The translations under genes and the position numbers were made by a program. Shown in pieces: positions 9,868 through 20,244 of a stretch of 60,433 nucleotides of DNA. This DNA comes from an uncultured Alphaproteobacteria bacterium. Its GTDB lineage: Bacteria; Pseudomonadota; Alphaproteobacteria; RF32; CAG-239. The DNA is taken from NCBI GenBank assembly GCA_944393205.1, contig CALXZI010000005.1, positions 1 through 60,433 on the forward strand. Reading direction: 5' to 3'. The notes under the pieces are model-generated. The model had not been told where the DNA came from, made no database searches, and worked only from the letters and a program-made list of their open reading frames with translations. Each line of letters begins with the position of its first letter. Within the stretch, counting starts at the first letter, position 1.

Positions 9868-10947
9868 ATGAAAAAAATGATTATTTGTTTTTTGGCCGCA
9901 GCGGTCGTTTTCATCGGCGGGATTGGGCTTTATGCTTTAAGGGAAATCGGAAAAGCGCCGTCCGAGGCTGATTTGAAAGCTTATGAAAAACTTGCGTATT
10001 TCAAAAACGGTGAATTTCAAAGCCCGCAAAAAATGGTTTATGATTTTGATAATGTTCGCAACGGACCGGCCGGCTGGCTGCGTTTTTTAACGCGTTCACC
10101 TTTCGCGCCGAAGGTGGATTTGCCGCAAGTTAAACTCAACCGCAGCAACTTTCCGGCAAAAGCCGAAGATTTCGCTTTTTATTGGCTGGGACATTCCACC
10201 GCTTTGATGGAAGTTGGCGGCGTGCGGTTTTTGTTTGATCCGGTTTTCGGCAACGCCGCGCCGATACCCTTGGCCGTGCCGCGTTACGTTGAGGCGCCGA
10301 TAAAACGCAGCACGTTGCCGAATATTGATTATGTGGTTATCACGCATAATCATTATGACCACTTGGAACGTGCCAGCGTGCAAGCTTTGAAAAACAAACA
10401 TTTCATCGTGCCGCTCGGCGTGGGCGCCGCTCTTAAAGGCTGGGGCGTGAAGGCTGAAAACATTACCGAACTGGGCTGGGGCGATGTCTTTAACGCCGAT
10501 GGTGTTCGGATTGTAGCGGAACCCGCCGTTCATTATTCCAGCAGAGGTTTGGGCGACCGCAACAAAACCCTGTGGAATGCTTATGTTGTTCAGAGCGACG
10601 GCAAAAACATCTACTGGAGCGGCGATAGCGGTTACGGCACGCATTTTGCCGAAATGCGGCAAAAATACGGCGCTTTTGATTTGGCTATAATTGAAATTGA
10701 CGGTTGGAATACCGGTTGGCCGAACACGCATATGTTTCCGGAAGAAATTATCCGTGCCGCGATGGATTTGGGCGCACAAACGATTGTGCCGGTGCATTGG
10801 GCGGTGTTTGATTTGGCTTTGCATCCGTGGCACGAATCCATTGACATGGTACTCCATGAAGCACAGAAAAAAAATGTTACGGTATTGACGCCGAAAATGG
10901 GTGAAAAACTGGTTTGGGGACAGCAAAAAACCGAAAAATGGTGGTAA
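9868..10947 (+). CDS. MBL-fold metallo-hydrolase (RomA/NAPE-PLD-like)
   Basis: WLGHS, THNHYDHL, SGDSGY, HMFPEE, PVHWAVF; N-terminal signal/anchor. Confidence 0.88.
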   Translation: MKKMIICFLAAAVVFIGGIGLYALREIGKAPSEADLKAYEKLAYFKNGEFQSPQKMVYDFDNVRNGPAGWLRFLTRSPFAPKVDLPQVKLNRSNFPAKAEDFAFYWLGHSTALMEVGGVRFLFDPVFGNAAPIPLAVPRYVEAPIKRSTLPNIDYVVITHNHYDHLERASVQALKNKHFIVPLGVGAALKGWGVKAENITELGWGDVFNADGVRIVAEPAVHYSSRGLGDRNKTLWNAYVVQSDGKNIYWSGDSGYGTHFAEMRQKYGAFDLAIIEIDGWNTGWPNTHMFPEEIIRAAMDLGAQTIVPVHWAVFDLALHPWHESIDMVLHEAQKKNVTVLTPKMGEKLVWGQQKTEKWW

Positions 10948-10975
10948 ACATATAAGCCCCTCAAACATTACATAT

Positions 10976-11010
10976 CTCTCGGAAAGTTTGCTTTTCGGGA
11001 GTTTTTTTTG
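10976..11010 (+). terminator. Intrinsic terminator
   Basis: CTCTCGGAAAG...CTTTTCGGGAG followed by a T tract. Confidence 0.65.
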
Positions 11011-11100
11011 CGGGAAAGTTTTTTTGCAAAATTTTTTGCAGATAGTTTTTTATGGATTTAAAAAAATTATCCGTTATGATGTCTGATAAAAGGAGGAGGC

Positions 11101-11907
11101 ATGTCGGTTTTTGATTATCTTAACACCAATGTCACGGTCAAAATTGACCGGCCGCTACATTCTCTGCACCCCAAACATGGTTTTGTTTATGAACTTAATT
11201 ACGGCTTTGTGCCGAACACAATTTCCGGTGACGGTGAGGAATTGGATGCCTATGTCCTGGGTGTGGACACGCCGCTTGAAACTTTTTCGGGTCGTTGCAT
11301 CGGCCTTATCCGCCGCACTGATGATGACGATGACAAGCTTATTATCGCACCAATCGGACAATCCTTTTGCGATGAAGACATTGAGCGGCTGACCGCCTTT
11401 CAGGAAAAATGGTTTAAACACATTCTTATCCGCAAAGCACCATCCGTGCATCTGATATGCGGCTTTATGGGCTTCGGGAAAACGACACTTGCCAAAAAAT
11501 TGGAAAAAGAACTCCCTGCCGTGCGTTTTACGCATGATGAGATTATGCTCCGACGTTTTGGGCGCACACCGGAGAATTTTGCCGCATGTTGTCAAGAAGT
11601 TGACGCTTATATTTTACAAGCTGCAGAAACGGCGCTCAAAAACGGGCAAAATGTTATTTTGGATTATGGTTTTTGGCGCAAAGACGACCGAAAAAAATAT
11701 TATGACTGGGCCAAGGCGCTTACGCCGGACGTGGTGTTTGATATTTTGCAATGCGATTTACAAACAGCCAAAAAGCGCGTGTTGGAACGCACACAAAACA
11801 ATCCGGACGAACTTTATATTGACGAGGGCTGTTTTAATGACCGGTTAAAAAAGTTTGAGCCTTTTAGCAAGAGCGAAAACCTGCCGGCGCGATTTTATTC
11901 AAGTTAA
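11101..11907 (+). CDS. Inorganic pyrophosphatase-like domain fused to an AAA_33/P-loop kinase
   Basis: N-half YELNYG..DGEELDAY..DDKL; C-half GFMGFGKTT, VILDYGFW. Confidence 0.8.
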   Translation: MSVFDYLNTNVTVKIDRPLHSLHPKHGFVYELNYGFVPNTISGDGEELDAYVLGVDTPLETFSGRCIGLIRRTDDDDDKLIIAPIGQSFCDEDIERLTAFQEKWFKHILIRKAPSVHLICGFMGFGKTTLAKKLEKELPAVRFTHDEIMLRRFGRTPENFAACCQEVDAYILQAAETALKNGQNVILDYGFWRKDDRKKYYDWAKALTPDVVFDILQCDLQTAKKRVLERTQNNPDELYIDEGCFNDRLKKFEPFSKSENLPARFYSS

Positions 11908-12903
11908 ACTTTTTGTGCCTTTGTGTCTTATTTTCAGCCGCAATCCCAGAATGTATATGTAGCAGCGGCGGCCATCCGACACTATTCCGAAAATTTTCTT
12001 GTAAAAGGGTAATCTTCCGATTTTGTATAAAAATAAGTTATACATTTTTAAAGGTAAAAATTCTTCGGCTTTATGTAAAAATTCTTTTTTCTCATCGGTT
12101 TTTTTGTATTCATAAGCCAGAACGCCGACGGCAAAGCTGTTAAAACTGCCGAGATATTTGTCGGTTATCGGGCATTGCCGTAAAAACGAGCGCAAGGCTG
12201 TAAAAACATTGTCGGAATGTTTGCCGCGCGTGGCGCTGATTTGACTGTTGGTGTTTATCCGGTAATAGACCAACGGTTTATCAAGCAATGCAATTTTTGA
12301 AGCATAATATAAACTCAATAAAGAAAACGCCACGTCATTACAACTCTTGATATTATCAAACTTTAATTGATGCTTGGCGATAAATTCGCGTTTATAAAGT
12401 TTCACGAACGGCGCATTAGCGCAAATATTAAATATGTGTTCCGGAACATCTTCTTTGGCAAAAGTTTCTTTTTTAATATCTCTAACCTGCATCCAAGCAT
12501 AATCTTCTTCCTTTGCTTTTCCTGTCCGGTTGTCATATAAATAATAACGAAAAACAACCATATCGGCGTCAGTTTCTTTTATTCGGGCAAAAGCCAAAGA
12601 AAGCATCTGTTTATCAAAAAAATCATCGGCATCCAGAAAAATCACATATTTACCTTTGGCCGCGGTAAAACCCATATTACGGCTATCGCCCGCGCCGCTG
12701 TTTGCTTTATCAATAATTTTTATGCGAGCGTCTTGTTCGGCGTAGTGGCGCAAAAGCGACAATGAATCGTCTTTTGAACCATCGTTAACGCAGATAATCT
12801 CTATATTTTTTAAATCCTGTCCTATAAGGCTGTCAAGACATTGCGGCAAATATTGTGCCACATTATAAACCGGAATTACCACAGAAACGGAAGGCATCGT
12901 CAT
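11899..12903 (-). CDS. Glycosyltransferase family 2
   Basis: SVVIPVYN, VNDGSKD, FLDADD. Confidence 0.9.
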   Translation of the reverse strand: MTMPSVSVVIPVYNVAQYLPQCLDSLIGQDLKNIEIICVNDGSKDDSLSLLRHYAEQDARIKIIDKANSGAGDSRNMGFTAAKGKYVIFLDADDFFDKQMLSLAFARIKETDADMVVFRYYLYDNRTGKAKEEDYAWMQVRDIKKETFAKEDVPEHIFNICANAPFVKLYKREFIAKHQLKFDNIKSCNDVAFSLLSLYYASKIALLDKPLVYYRINTNSQISATRGKHSDNVFTALRSFLRQCPITDKYLGSFNSFAVGVLAYEYKKTDEKKEFLHKAEEFLPLKMYNLFLYKIGRLPFYKKIFGIVSDGRRCYIYILGLRLKIRHKGTKSLT

Positions 12904-13011
12904 AGATTATTTTCCTAAAAAGAAAACTCAAATTTTTATATAAGATAGTATATATTCTCCCAACTTTGTCAACCTTACGTCAGCAACTACAGACAATATT
13001 GTTGAGATTGC

Positions 13012-14073
13012 TCAACCTTGATGGTGGTGCGCATATGAACAAATTTTGCAGCCGAAAAGATAAACGTTGCGATTGCCGTTTGGCATCCGCTCCTTTTTAT
13101 AAATCCATGACAACAAAATTTTTAACAATCCCAAACAAGTGGTGCGGCCGATAAAAGAAGAAAACGGTCTGTTTTCCTGAACGGAAACACGTGGCAAAGC
13201 GTAATTATCATCACCACCATCACACCAACGCCGGCGCTTGTCAGGCAAAGCAATGGCAACAGCCGATTTGTAATATTTACGGGCCAGTTCTTTTATCTCA
13301 TTATTACATTGCCCGTAAGGATAACTAAAATGTTCCACTTTGCGGCCAATCCATTTTTCAATTTCGGCCTGACTTTCCGAAAGCTCCGCTGTCAACGCGT
13401 CCGCATCTTTAATATTGGTTAGAAAAACATGGCTTTTCGCATGCGAACCAATGGTGCATAAATCAGAATCTGCCATTTCTTTTAAATCTTCGGGATGACA
13501 AACACAACGGTTAAAATAAGCTCTAAAATCCAGTTGTTTATCCGACAAGATTGATTGCAAAATTTCGCGACCACCTTGTGATGAAGTCTGGCGTCTTTCC
13601 GAAAATAAGCGCCATATCCGGCCAAAAGCCTTTTGCTTTTGTTTGGGTGTGGCAATCAGCGTACCCCCCGCTACTTTTAAGAAACTATTATTCCTTAACA
13701 CATCCATTAGGAGTAGCGCGCCGTCCATTTCCGGTAAAGCACAACGGTCAAAACCATATTTTATCAAATCCGAAGCAACATAAAACACAAACGGAATATG
13801 ATGTTTCTTGAAAACCGGAAAAGCATATTGATAAACATCCCGAAACCCGTCATCTATGGTCACGACGATGTCTTTTTCTGCAGCTCTTCCCTGATGTTTG
13901 TTTTGTAAAAATTCATCCAAAGATACAAAACGATATCCTTTGTCTTGGGCTTTTAAAATTTGTTCTTCCAAAAAATCAGGCGATATGCGCAGACTTTTAT
14001 CCAACTTAAAAATCAGCGGCTTATCCACGGCCGGCGCCACCCGATGCAGCATCCAGATTATTCCGTTCCGCAT
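13012..14073 (-). CDS. Polysaccharide deacetylase (NodB-like)
   Basis: TIDDGFRD, IGSHAKSH, FSYPYG, ALPRV. Confidence 0.88.
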   Translation of the reverse strand: MRNGIIWMLHRVAPAVDKPLIFKLDKSLRISPDFLEEQILKAQDKGYRFVSLDEFLQNKHQGRAAEKDIVVTIDDGFRDVYQYAFPVFKKHHIPFVFYVASDLIKYGFDRCALPEMDGALLLMDVLRNNSFLKVAGGTLIATPKQKQKAFGRIWRLFSERRQTSSQGGREILQSILSDKQLDFRAYFNRCVCHPEDLKEMADSDLCTIGSHAKSHVFLTNIKDADALTAELSESQAEIEKWIGRKVEHFSYPYGQCNNEIKELARKYYKSAVAIALPDKRRRWCDGGDDNYALPRVSVQENRPFSSFIGRTTCLGLLKILLSWIYKKERMPNGNRNVYLFGCKICSYAHHHQG

Positions 14074-15848
14074 GACCAATCCTTTATGTTGAACATATTT
14101 TCAACCTGACAAACTTGTTTGCCTTCAAACGTATCGCCCAATTTGAAATTTTCCACCGCCATAATACGTTCCAAACGTGTTTGATATGCCGTTTTGGGAG
14201 AATCGTTAAACGAGGAATTTTTATATTTTTTGTGCAGATCTTTGCGCACATAAGCCATATGATGCATTACCACGATTTCACGCGGGAACACCCAAAATTT
14301 TTTAGCGCCGCCGATAACTCTGGTCGGATCAGTTATCGCCGGATAAAACGGATTCCGCCTGCCGAGGCATATACCGCGTTTTATTTTGACAATAAAAGAA
14401 ACATAGCCGTCCACCGGTTCCACAATACGATACGTCGGTTTTTGCACGTAGGCATAGATGCCAACCAATGTGGCGTCGGCTTTTTTGCCGCGGCCGGCAA
14501 GATATTCTTTTGCCCGACGCAACTGCGCCGCCTGATAAAACTCATCGGTGTCCATGGATATAAAATGCGTACATTTGCGTTTGGCCGCATATTTTAAACC
14601 TAAATTGCGTTTTTGCCTTTCATTATATGAAGCTTTCTTCTTGAGATCCGGTTCATATTTAACAATTTCATCCACCAAGCCTTGTTTTTGCAAATCCGCC
14701 AAAAACGCGGCCAAATCCGTTTCAGCCGGATTGCCGAAATTTGAAACATCTTGATAAACGACATTAACATAGTCAACTTCCGAGCGGATGGCGCGAATGG
14801 AATCGGCCAGCAATTCCTCACCGTCAAACAAATTGTACGAAACGCCCAGTTTGATTTTTTGTAAGTGCTTTTTGCAACTGAAGATTTTTTTACCGAACAA
14901 ATAAAATTCCCGTGTGCCATCGGCTTGTTTGTTTTTGAAAAATACGGGCAGCTTGTCCAGCTTTTGAATTTTTTTATCATATTGCCGCACTTGTTGATAA
15001 TCTATCAGCGTTTCGGCTTGGTGAACAATCTCATACAACTTGTTCTTTTCTTCATTCGTCAGGCTGTTGTCAAATTTGATTTTCCGATAAAAATGCTGCA
15101 AATCGGAAATTTCTTCAGCCATATGACGCCAGTATGATTTTTGCCGATAAATTTCAAAGCAGTCCTTAAAACTTAAAACAGCGCCGAGGTATTTTTCATA
15201 ATTCCACGAAACTTTTTTATAAGAACGGCGATACAAATAAGAAACAATCGGCACCATATAGAACCTGCCGGCAACCGACATCGCTTTAGCCAGAAAAACC
15301 GGATCCTGCCGGCGGCGGTACGGAGGAAAATCAGCGCCGGATTTTTTAAGAAAATCCGCCCGATATATAAACCTCGGAAAACCGGCAATAAACTTGTATG
15401 AAGCAAAATCCGCGAATCCTTCTGTTTTAAAAACATCTGTCGCGCCCCAATAAACCGGCGTTTCGCCCGGCTTAAACATTTGCATATTTCCGCCGCAAAT
15501 CAACGCTTCGTTTTCTTCGGCTTTGGCATAAAGTGCGGCCAAAACATTTGCATCGGGATATAAATCATCCGGATCCATAAACGCGATATATTTTCCGCGC
15601 GCCTGTTTCATGGCTGCGTTGCGAGCCGGACCGGAACCTTGATTGGTTTGAAAGAAAATTGTCTTGACGCGGACATCTCCGGCGGCATATTTTTTAAGCA
15701 TTTCCGCCGTCGTATCAGTGGAACAATCATCCACGCAAATCACTTCAATTTCTTGCAAAGTCTGCGTCAAAACAGAATTAAGGCATTCTTCAAGATAATT
15801 TTCCGTATTGTAACATGGAACAATGACGCTGATTTTATATTCTTCCAT
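14058..15848 (-). CDS. Two-domain glycosyltransferase (GT2 plus a second GT-A-like domain)
   Basis: N-term SVIVPCYN, VDDCSTD, FMDPDD; C-term GVSYNLFDGEELL...SMDTDEFY. Confidence 0.85.
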   Translation of the reverse strand: MEEYKISVIVPCYNTENYLEECLNSVLTQTLQEIEVICVDDCSTDTTAEMLKKYAAGDVRVKTIFFQTNQGSGPARNAAMKQARGKYIAFMDPDDLYPDANVLAALYAKAEENEALICGGNMQMFKPGETPVYWGATDVFKTEGFADFASYKFIAGFPRFIYRADFLKKSGADFPPYRRRQDPVFLAKAMSVAGRFYMVPIVSYLYRRSYKKVSWNYEKYLGAVLSFKDCFEIYRQKSYWRHMAEEISDLQHFYRKIKFDNSLTNEEKNKLYEIVHQAETLIDYQQVRQYDKKIQKLDKLPVFFKNKQADGTREFYLFGKKIFSCKKHLQKIKLGVSYNLFDGEELLADSIRAIRSEVDYVNVVYQDVSNFGNPAETDLAAFLADLQKQGLVDEIVKYEPDLKKKASYNERQKRNLGLKYAAKRKCTHFISMDTDEFYQAAQLRRAKEYLAGRGKKADATLVGIYAYVQKPTYRIVEPVDGYVSFIVKIKRGICLGRRNPFYPAITDPTRVIGGAKKFWVFPREIVVMHHMAYVRKDLHKKYKNSSFNDSPKTAYQTRLERIMAVENFKLGDTFEGKQVCQVENMFNIKDWSCGTE

Positions 15849-16606
15849 TACTCTTCCTTTCGGAAATATTTATTTAATTTTTGTATTTCTTCCAACAACT
15901 TATAAAGAGATAAATTTTGTTCTTTGCAAAACTCTATCAATGCATTAACATCTTTGGGAAAACATTTGCCTCCATAACCAAACTTCCCATCAGGCCCCGG
16001 AACTTGTGTGTGCGGTTCATTAATATATCCGCTTAACAAAACACCTTGTTGGATGTTGGCATAATCAACTTGAAAATGCTGACAAAGATTATAAATGCCG
16101 TTAAAATACGTTACTTTTACGGCACCGAAAACATTATGAGCGTATTTTGTAATTTCTGCTTCCAGCGAACTCATTTCTATAAATTTTTTCCCAATAAAAA
16201 TCTTCTGTAACAACCCGCTATGTGCCGTAAAAACCATGGGTTGGTTGCAAAAATCTTCATATGCAGTTCTCTGGGTTAAAAATTCAGGCATAAAATACAC
16301 CTCATGTCCTGTCTCACGAGATAAACGCTCACTTGTTCCCGGTAAAATCGTGGTTCTGATAAAAACAGGTTTTGACGGTAAAGATGCAATTATTTGCCTT
16401 AAAACAGAAATGTCTTGTTTTCCGTCCGCCTCTGTCGGTAAATGTATGCTGACAAAAAATATATCAGCCTGGCTCAAATCATCAAAATAGCCTTTTGCCG
16501 GATCGGACACGACAATATTGATTTCCGGATTATGTTCTTCTAACCAACGCTTTAACGCCTCACCGATAAAACCACAACCTATAATTCCAACAGTTGTTTT
16601 TTTCAT
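15848..16606 (-). CDS. Short UDP-glucose/GDP-mannose dehydrogenase family protein
   Basis: GCGFIG, RTTILPGT, PEFL, AEITKY, GYGGKCFPKD; lacks the usual C-terminal domain. Confidence 0.8.
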   Translation of the reverse strand: MKKTTVGIIGCGFIGEALKRWLEEHNPEINIVVSDPAKGYFDDLSQADIFFVSIHLPTEADGKQDISVLRQIIASLPSKPVFIRTTILPGTSERLSRETGHEVYFMPEFLTQRTAYEDFCNQPMVFTAHSGLLQKIFIGKKFIEMSSLEAEITKYAHNVFGAVKVTYFNGIYNLCQHFQVDYANIQQGVLLSGYINEPHTQVPGPDGKFGYGGKCFPKDVNALIEFCKEQNLSLYKLLEEIQKLNKYFRKEE

Positions 16607-16607
16607 T

Positions 16608-17348
16608 TTATTTTTCCTTTTTTATATTAAATAAAGTTTTCAGCCAACTAAATCTCATTTTTTTCTGATATAAAATTTGTTGGCGGACTTTGAGCGTGGC
16701 ACGTTGCATTTGTTCTTTATGGGTTTTAGAGGCGTTGTTTTGATGATCGCGATATCTAAACAAGACTTTTTGTATGTTATGAAATTTGGTCTTGCCGCAC
16801 AAACGGCACCACAAAGCATAATCTTCGGCCGGCGTATATTCCGTCTCATATTGCAGATGGTTTTCTTCCAATACCGACTTTCTTATCATGGCTGCCGGAT
16901 GCAGCATCGGACAAGAATTTTTCAACGCTTTTTCTATTTGACGACTGTTTTGAGGCTTTTTTTTGATTTTGATATCAGGAAAACGTTCATACCAACAACT
17001 GACGACGCCACATTCCGGATGATCATCCAGATATGCGGCTTCTTCTTTTAATCTGTCCGGCAAAGAAATATCATCATGATCCATCACGGCGATATATTCA
17101 CCACGCGCCATATTCAACAAGCTGTTACGGCTGCCGGAAATGCCCAAGTTTTGCGCATTGCGCATGTAAATTATTCGCTCGTCTGCATATGATTTGATGA
17201 TATCTTCACAGGTTTTGTCTTCCGGACAATCATCGGCAATTAAAAATTCAAAATCTTTAAAAGTTTGATTTAAAATGGATGATATGCATTCTTTGAGATA
17301 TTCCGGTTTGGTCTTGTAAACGGAAAGACAGACGGAGACTTTAGGCAT
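16608..17348 (-). CDS. Glycosyltransferase family 2
   Basis: LIADDC, VMDHDDISLPDRL, AEDYALW. Confidence 0.9.
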   Translation of the reverse strand: MPKVSVCLSVYKTKPEYLKECISSILNQTFKDFEFLIADDCPEDKTCEDIIKSYADERIIYMRNAQNLGISGSRNSLLNMARGEYIAVMDHDDISLPDRLKEEAAYLDDHPECGVVSCWYERFPDIKIKKKPQNSRQIEKALKNSCPMLHPAAMIRKSVLEENHLQYETEYTPAEDYALWCRLCGKTKFHNIQKVLFRYRDHQNNASKTHKEQMQRATLKVRQQILYQKKMRFSWLKTLFNIKKEK

Positions 17349-17420
17349 GCCTACATTCTCCTTTGGCTTGAAGACTCAAGCACCGTTGCGCTTTTAGCGC
17401 AAAAAAAATCTCGGCAGCGT

Positions 17421-17471
<51 letters not shown>

Positions 17472-17565
17472 TTCAGCCGTCTCTCCTGATGCGACTTTCA
17501 TATAATATTTTACTTTATTTGTCAACACACTCACTTAAGTTGTTCACGTTTGAGGTAAACAAAAC

Positions 17566-18612
17566 CTAGTCATTAACAGGGGCCTTAAGATGCGCTTTAT
17601 CTTTTAGCCAAGAATTGTATAATTTGAGGCTTCTATATTTGGCCGAATACAAATCCTTTGTTTTGCCTGATGTAATTTTCTTCAGACATCTTAAAAAGAA
17701 CAGTTCTAATATATTTAAAAAGGCTTTTTCATAAGGAGCTTTAATATCTTCATATTTTTCATCCAAATTATCTCTTTTACAATACAAATTTGCATAAAAA
17801 ACAGCTCTGCGTAAAAATTCTCTTTCTTTTAATTTATTGACTCCAAACTGTTTTTCAACCGAATCCCAAAAGCGCATATATGCTTTTCCGAACCGGCAAA
17901 ACCATTGCGGCGACACCTCCGCCCCTGTCCAAATTCCGCCGGCATTACGGCGATAAACAGCCATAACTTCAGGAAGAAATCCAATTTGACCTATCTGTGC
18001 GTGTAAAAGATGCAAAAACCAATCGCCCGGAAGTACACCATCTGGTATTTGGTCGTAGCTGTCTTTATGAAAACGCCAACGATATACAACAGAATTAGTT
18101 TGAATAAAATTGCGTTTTAGTAAATTTTCAAAGTTTAAGGCTCCGACCTTTTTCAGCATTGTGGCATCAGGATAAATCGTGTCATTCTCCCGACCATCAT
18201 CCCACGTAACTTTAACCGGATGAAAACAAATTGAACATTCGGGATGAGCATCCAAAAAATCAACCTGTTTTTGAAGTTTGTTTTTATCAGTCCAATAATC
18301 ATCCCCCTCACAAAAAGCGACATATTCACCTTGAACATGAGGAAAAACAAAGGTTTTGGACATTGTTTTAGCTTTTCTCCATTGGTTTTCGGTTTGGTAG
18401 ATTGGCTTTATGATATCCGGATACTTACGCTCATACTCTTTAATAATCTCGGTTGTGCCATCAGTTGAGGCATCATCATGGATAATAACCTCAAACGGAA
18501 AATTTGTTTTTTGACTGACAAAACCATCTAAAGCATCGCGAACAAATCTGGCATGATTGTAAGTAAGACAGATGATTGAGAGCTTAAACAATTTTTTCCT
18601 CCAATTTTCCAT
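17566..18612 (-). CDS. Glycosyltransferase family 2
   Basis: IHDDASTDGT, FCEGDDYW, KLQKQVDFL, GDWFL. Confidence 0.9.
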   Translation of the reverse strand: MENWRKKLFKLSIICLTYNHARFVRDALDGFVSQKTNFPFEVIIHDDASTDGTTEIIKEYERKYPDIIKPIYQTENQWRKAKTMSKTFVFPHVQGEYVAFCEGDDYWTDKNKLQKQVDFLDAHPECSICFHPVKVTWDDGRENDTIYPDATMLKKVGALNFENLLKRNFIQTNSVVYRWRFHKDSYDQIPDGVLPGDWFLHLLHAQIGQIGFLPEVMAVYRRNAGGIWTGAEVSPQWFCRFGKAYMRFWDSVEKQFGVNKLKEREFLRRAVFYANLYCKRDNLDEKYEDIKAPYEKAFLNILELFFLRCLKKITSGKTKDLYSAKYRSLKLYNSWLKDKAHLKAPVND

Positions 18613-19990
18613 ACATTATTTTTCCTGCATCATTTTTAGGAATCTCTGGAACGAATATAATTTTAAACGCAGCCATATTTAATTTTGTTTTTTCTGACAA
18701 AAAATGTCTCAAATCGTCACAAAGATTAGTATTATTTATAAACACGTACATTAAATCATCTTTACCGCAACATGCACATTCCATATCAGGATATGCCGAT
18801 TTTATCAAATACTCGGTTTCATCCAGACCAATTCTGTTGCCAAATATTTTTAAAAATCTTTTTTTCCTACCAACTATATAAAAAAAGCCATCTTTATCAA
18901 ATTTGGCCATATCTCCGGTTTTCAAAACACCTTGAAACTCATCTGCTTTGGCTAAATCTTCAAGTTTTTGAGCATAACCTAATGTAACATTAGGCCCTTG
19001 ATAAACAAGTTCTCCTACTGTTTCGGGAGAAGAAATTATATTTCCCCTTTCATCATGCAAAGTAAATATTCCTTCCGGAATAGCAACTCCCATTGAACCA
19101 CATTTTTCTAAAGATTTTTCTGCCGGCAGATATGCCATACGCGCCGTAGCTTCAGCCTGTCCATACATAACGATAAACTTCTTTCTGTTTTTTTGAGCAT
19201 ATTCAGCAAATTTTTGATGTAATTCAGGACTTAATTTTCCTCCGGCTTGCGTCATTGTTTTTAATGACGGCAAATTTCTTCTAAAAAACATCAATTTATT
19301 AAGCATTTCATAGGTATAAGGAACACCTCCGAAAGATGTTGCACATTGCTGAGCGAAAAAATTCCAAAATTCTCTTTCCATAAGAGTTTTATCTGTTAAT
19401 AATAATGTTGCTCCGACATATAAATGTGTATTTATAATTGATAATCCGTATGTATAATTCATCGGCAATGTTGTAATTGCACGTTCATTTTCGGTTAAAT
19501 CAAGATATTGAACAATAGATCTGGTATTAGATTGAATATTTTGATAACTTTGCCGAACAAATTTGGGAGAACCGGTTGAGCCTGAGGTCGTAAGCAATAT
19601 AGCTAGTTCAGAATATAACTTTTTTTGTTTTTGAGTTTTTCTTTTAATTAGACTATATCCCCAGCCTTGAAAGACAATTTCACCATCAAATTTTGCAATT
19701 TGTTCTTTTGGCGCCCAAATATAATCAGGATCATACTGTTGAATAAATTGCTTTAATAACTCAATATCAATATATTTATCCAACATTAAAGGAACAATAT
19801 TGTTATTTAGAGAACCAATATAACCTATTAATCCACCTAAAGTATTGGAACAAAGGTTGAATATTAATGAACGTTCCGAAATGTATGAGGAAAAATATGC
19901 ACAATAATTCTCTAATTGTGCATATGTTGTTTTTTGTCCATTGTCTTCTATAACAGCAATATTATTGGAATATTTTTTTAAATCCCACAT
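18584..19990 (-). CDS. AMP-binding adenylation enzyme (acyl-ACP/CoA ligase-like)
   Basis: TTSGSTGSPK, YGQAEA, KTGD, GRKKRF. Confidence 0.88.
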   Translation of the reverse strand: MWDLKKYSNNIAVIEDNGQKTTYAQLENYCAYFSSYISERSLIFNLCSNTLGGLIGYIGSLNNNIVPLMLDKYIDIELLKQFIQQYDPDYIWAPKEQIAKFDGEIVFQGWGYSLIKRKTQKQKKLYSELAILLTTSGSTGSPKFVRQSYQNIQSNTRSIVQYLDLTENERAITTLPMNYTYGLSIINTHLYVGATLLLTDKTLMEREFWNFFAQQCATSFGGVPYTYEMLNKLMFFRRNLPSLKTMTQAGGKLSPELHQKFAEYAQKNRKKFIVMYGQAEATARMAYLPAEKSLEKCGSMGVAIPEGIFTLHDERGNIISSPETVGELVYQGPNVTLGYAQKLEDLAKADEFQGVLKTGDMAKFDKDGFFYIVGRKKRFLKIFGNRIGLDETEYLIKSAYPDMECACCGKDDLMYVFINNTNLCDDLRHFLSEKTKLNMAAFKIIFVPEIPKNDAGKIMYGKLEEKIV

Positions 19991-20001
19991 TTTTACCCTT
20001 C

Positions 20002-20244
20002 TCATTTAAAAGAAACACCATATTTTTCCAAAATTTTTTGACCTTTTTCAAAAGAGCTAAAATCTATGATATCATCAGGATCCAACATAATTCCGAACGT
20101 TTCTTCTATGCAACAAATCAACCCCATATGGCCAACAGAATCCCACGCATCAATCTGTTTAAATGCTGCAGTTCTGGCATTTTTTTCATCAATATAAAAG
20201 ATATTGACAAATGCCTGCGTATATTTTTCTAAATTATCCATCAT
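20002..20244 (-). CDS. Acyl carrier protein
   Basis: WDSVGHM phosphopantetheine site; small acidic protein. Confidence 0.85.
   Translation of the reverse strand: MMDNLEKYTQAFVNIFYIDEKNARTAAFKQIDAWDSVGHMGLICCIEETFGIMLDPDDIIDFSSFEKGQKILEKYGVSFK

Noticed and set aside
10096..10968. 290-aa antisense ORF and other long shadow ORFs (e.g. 4423-5013, 58442-58990)
   Set aside because: They lie opposite well-supported genes and contain no motifs
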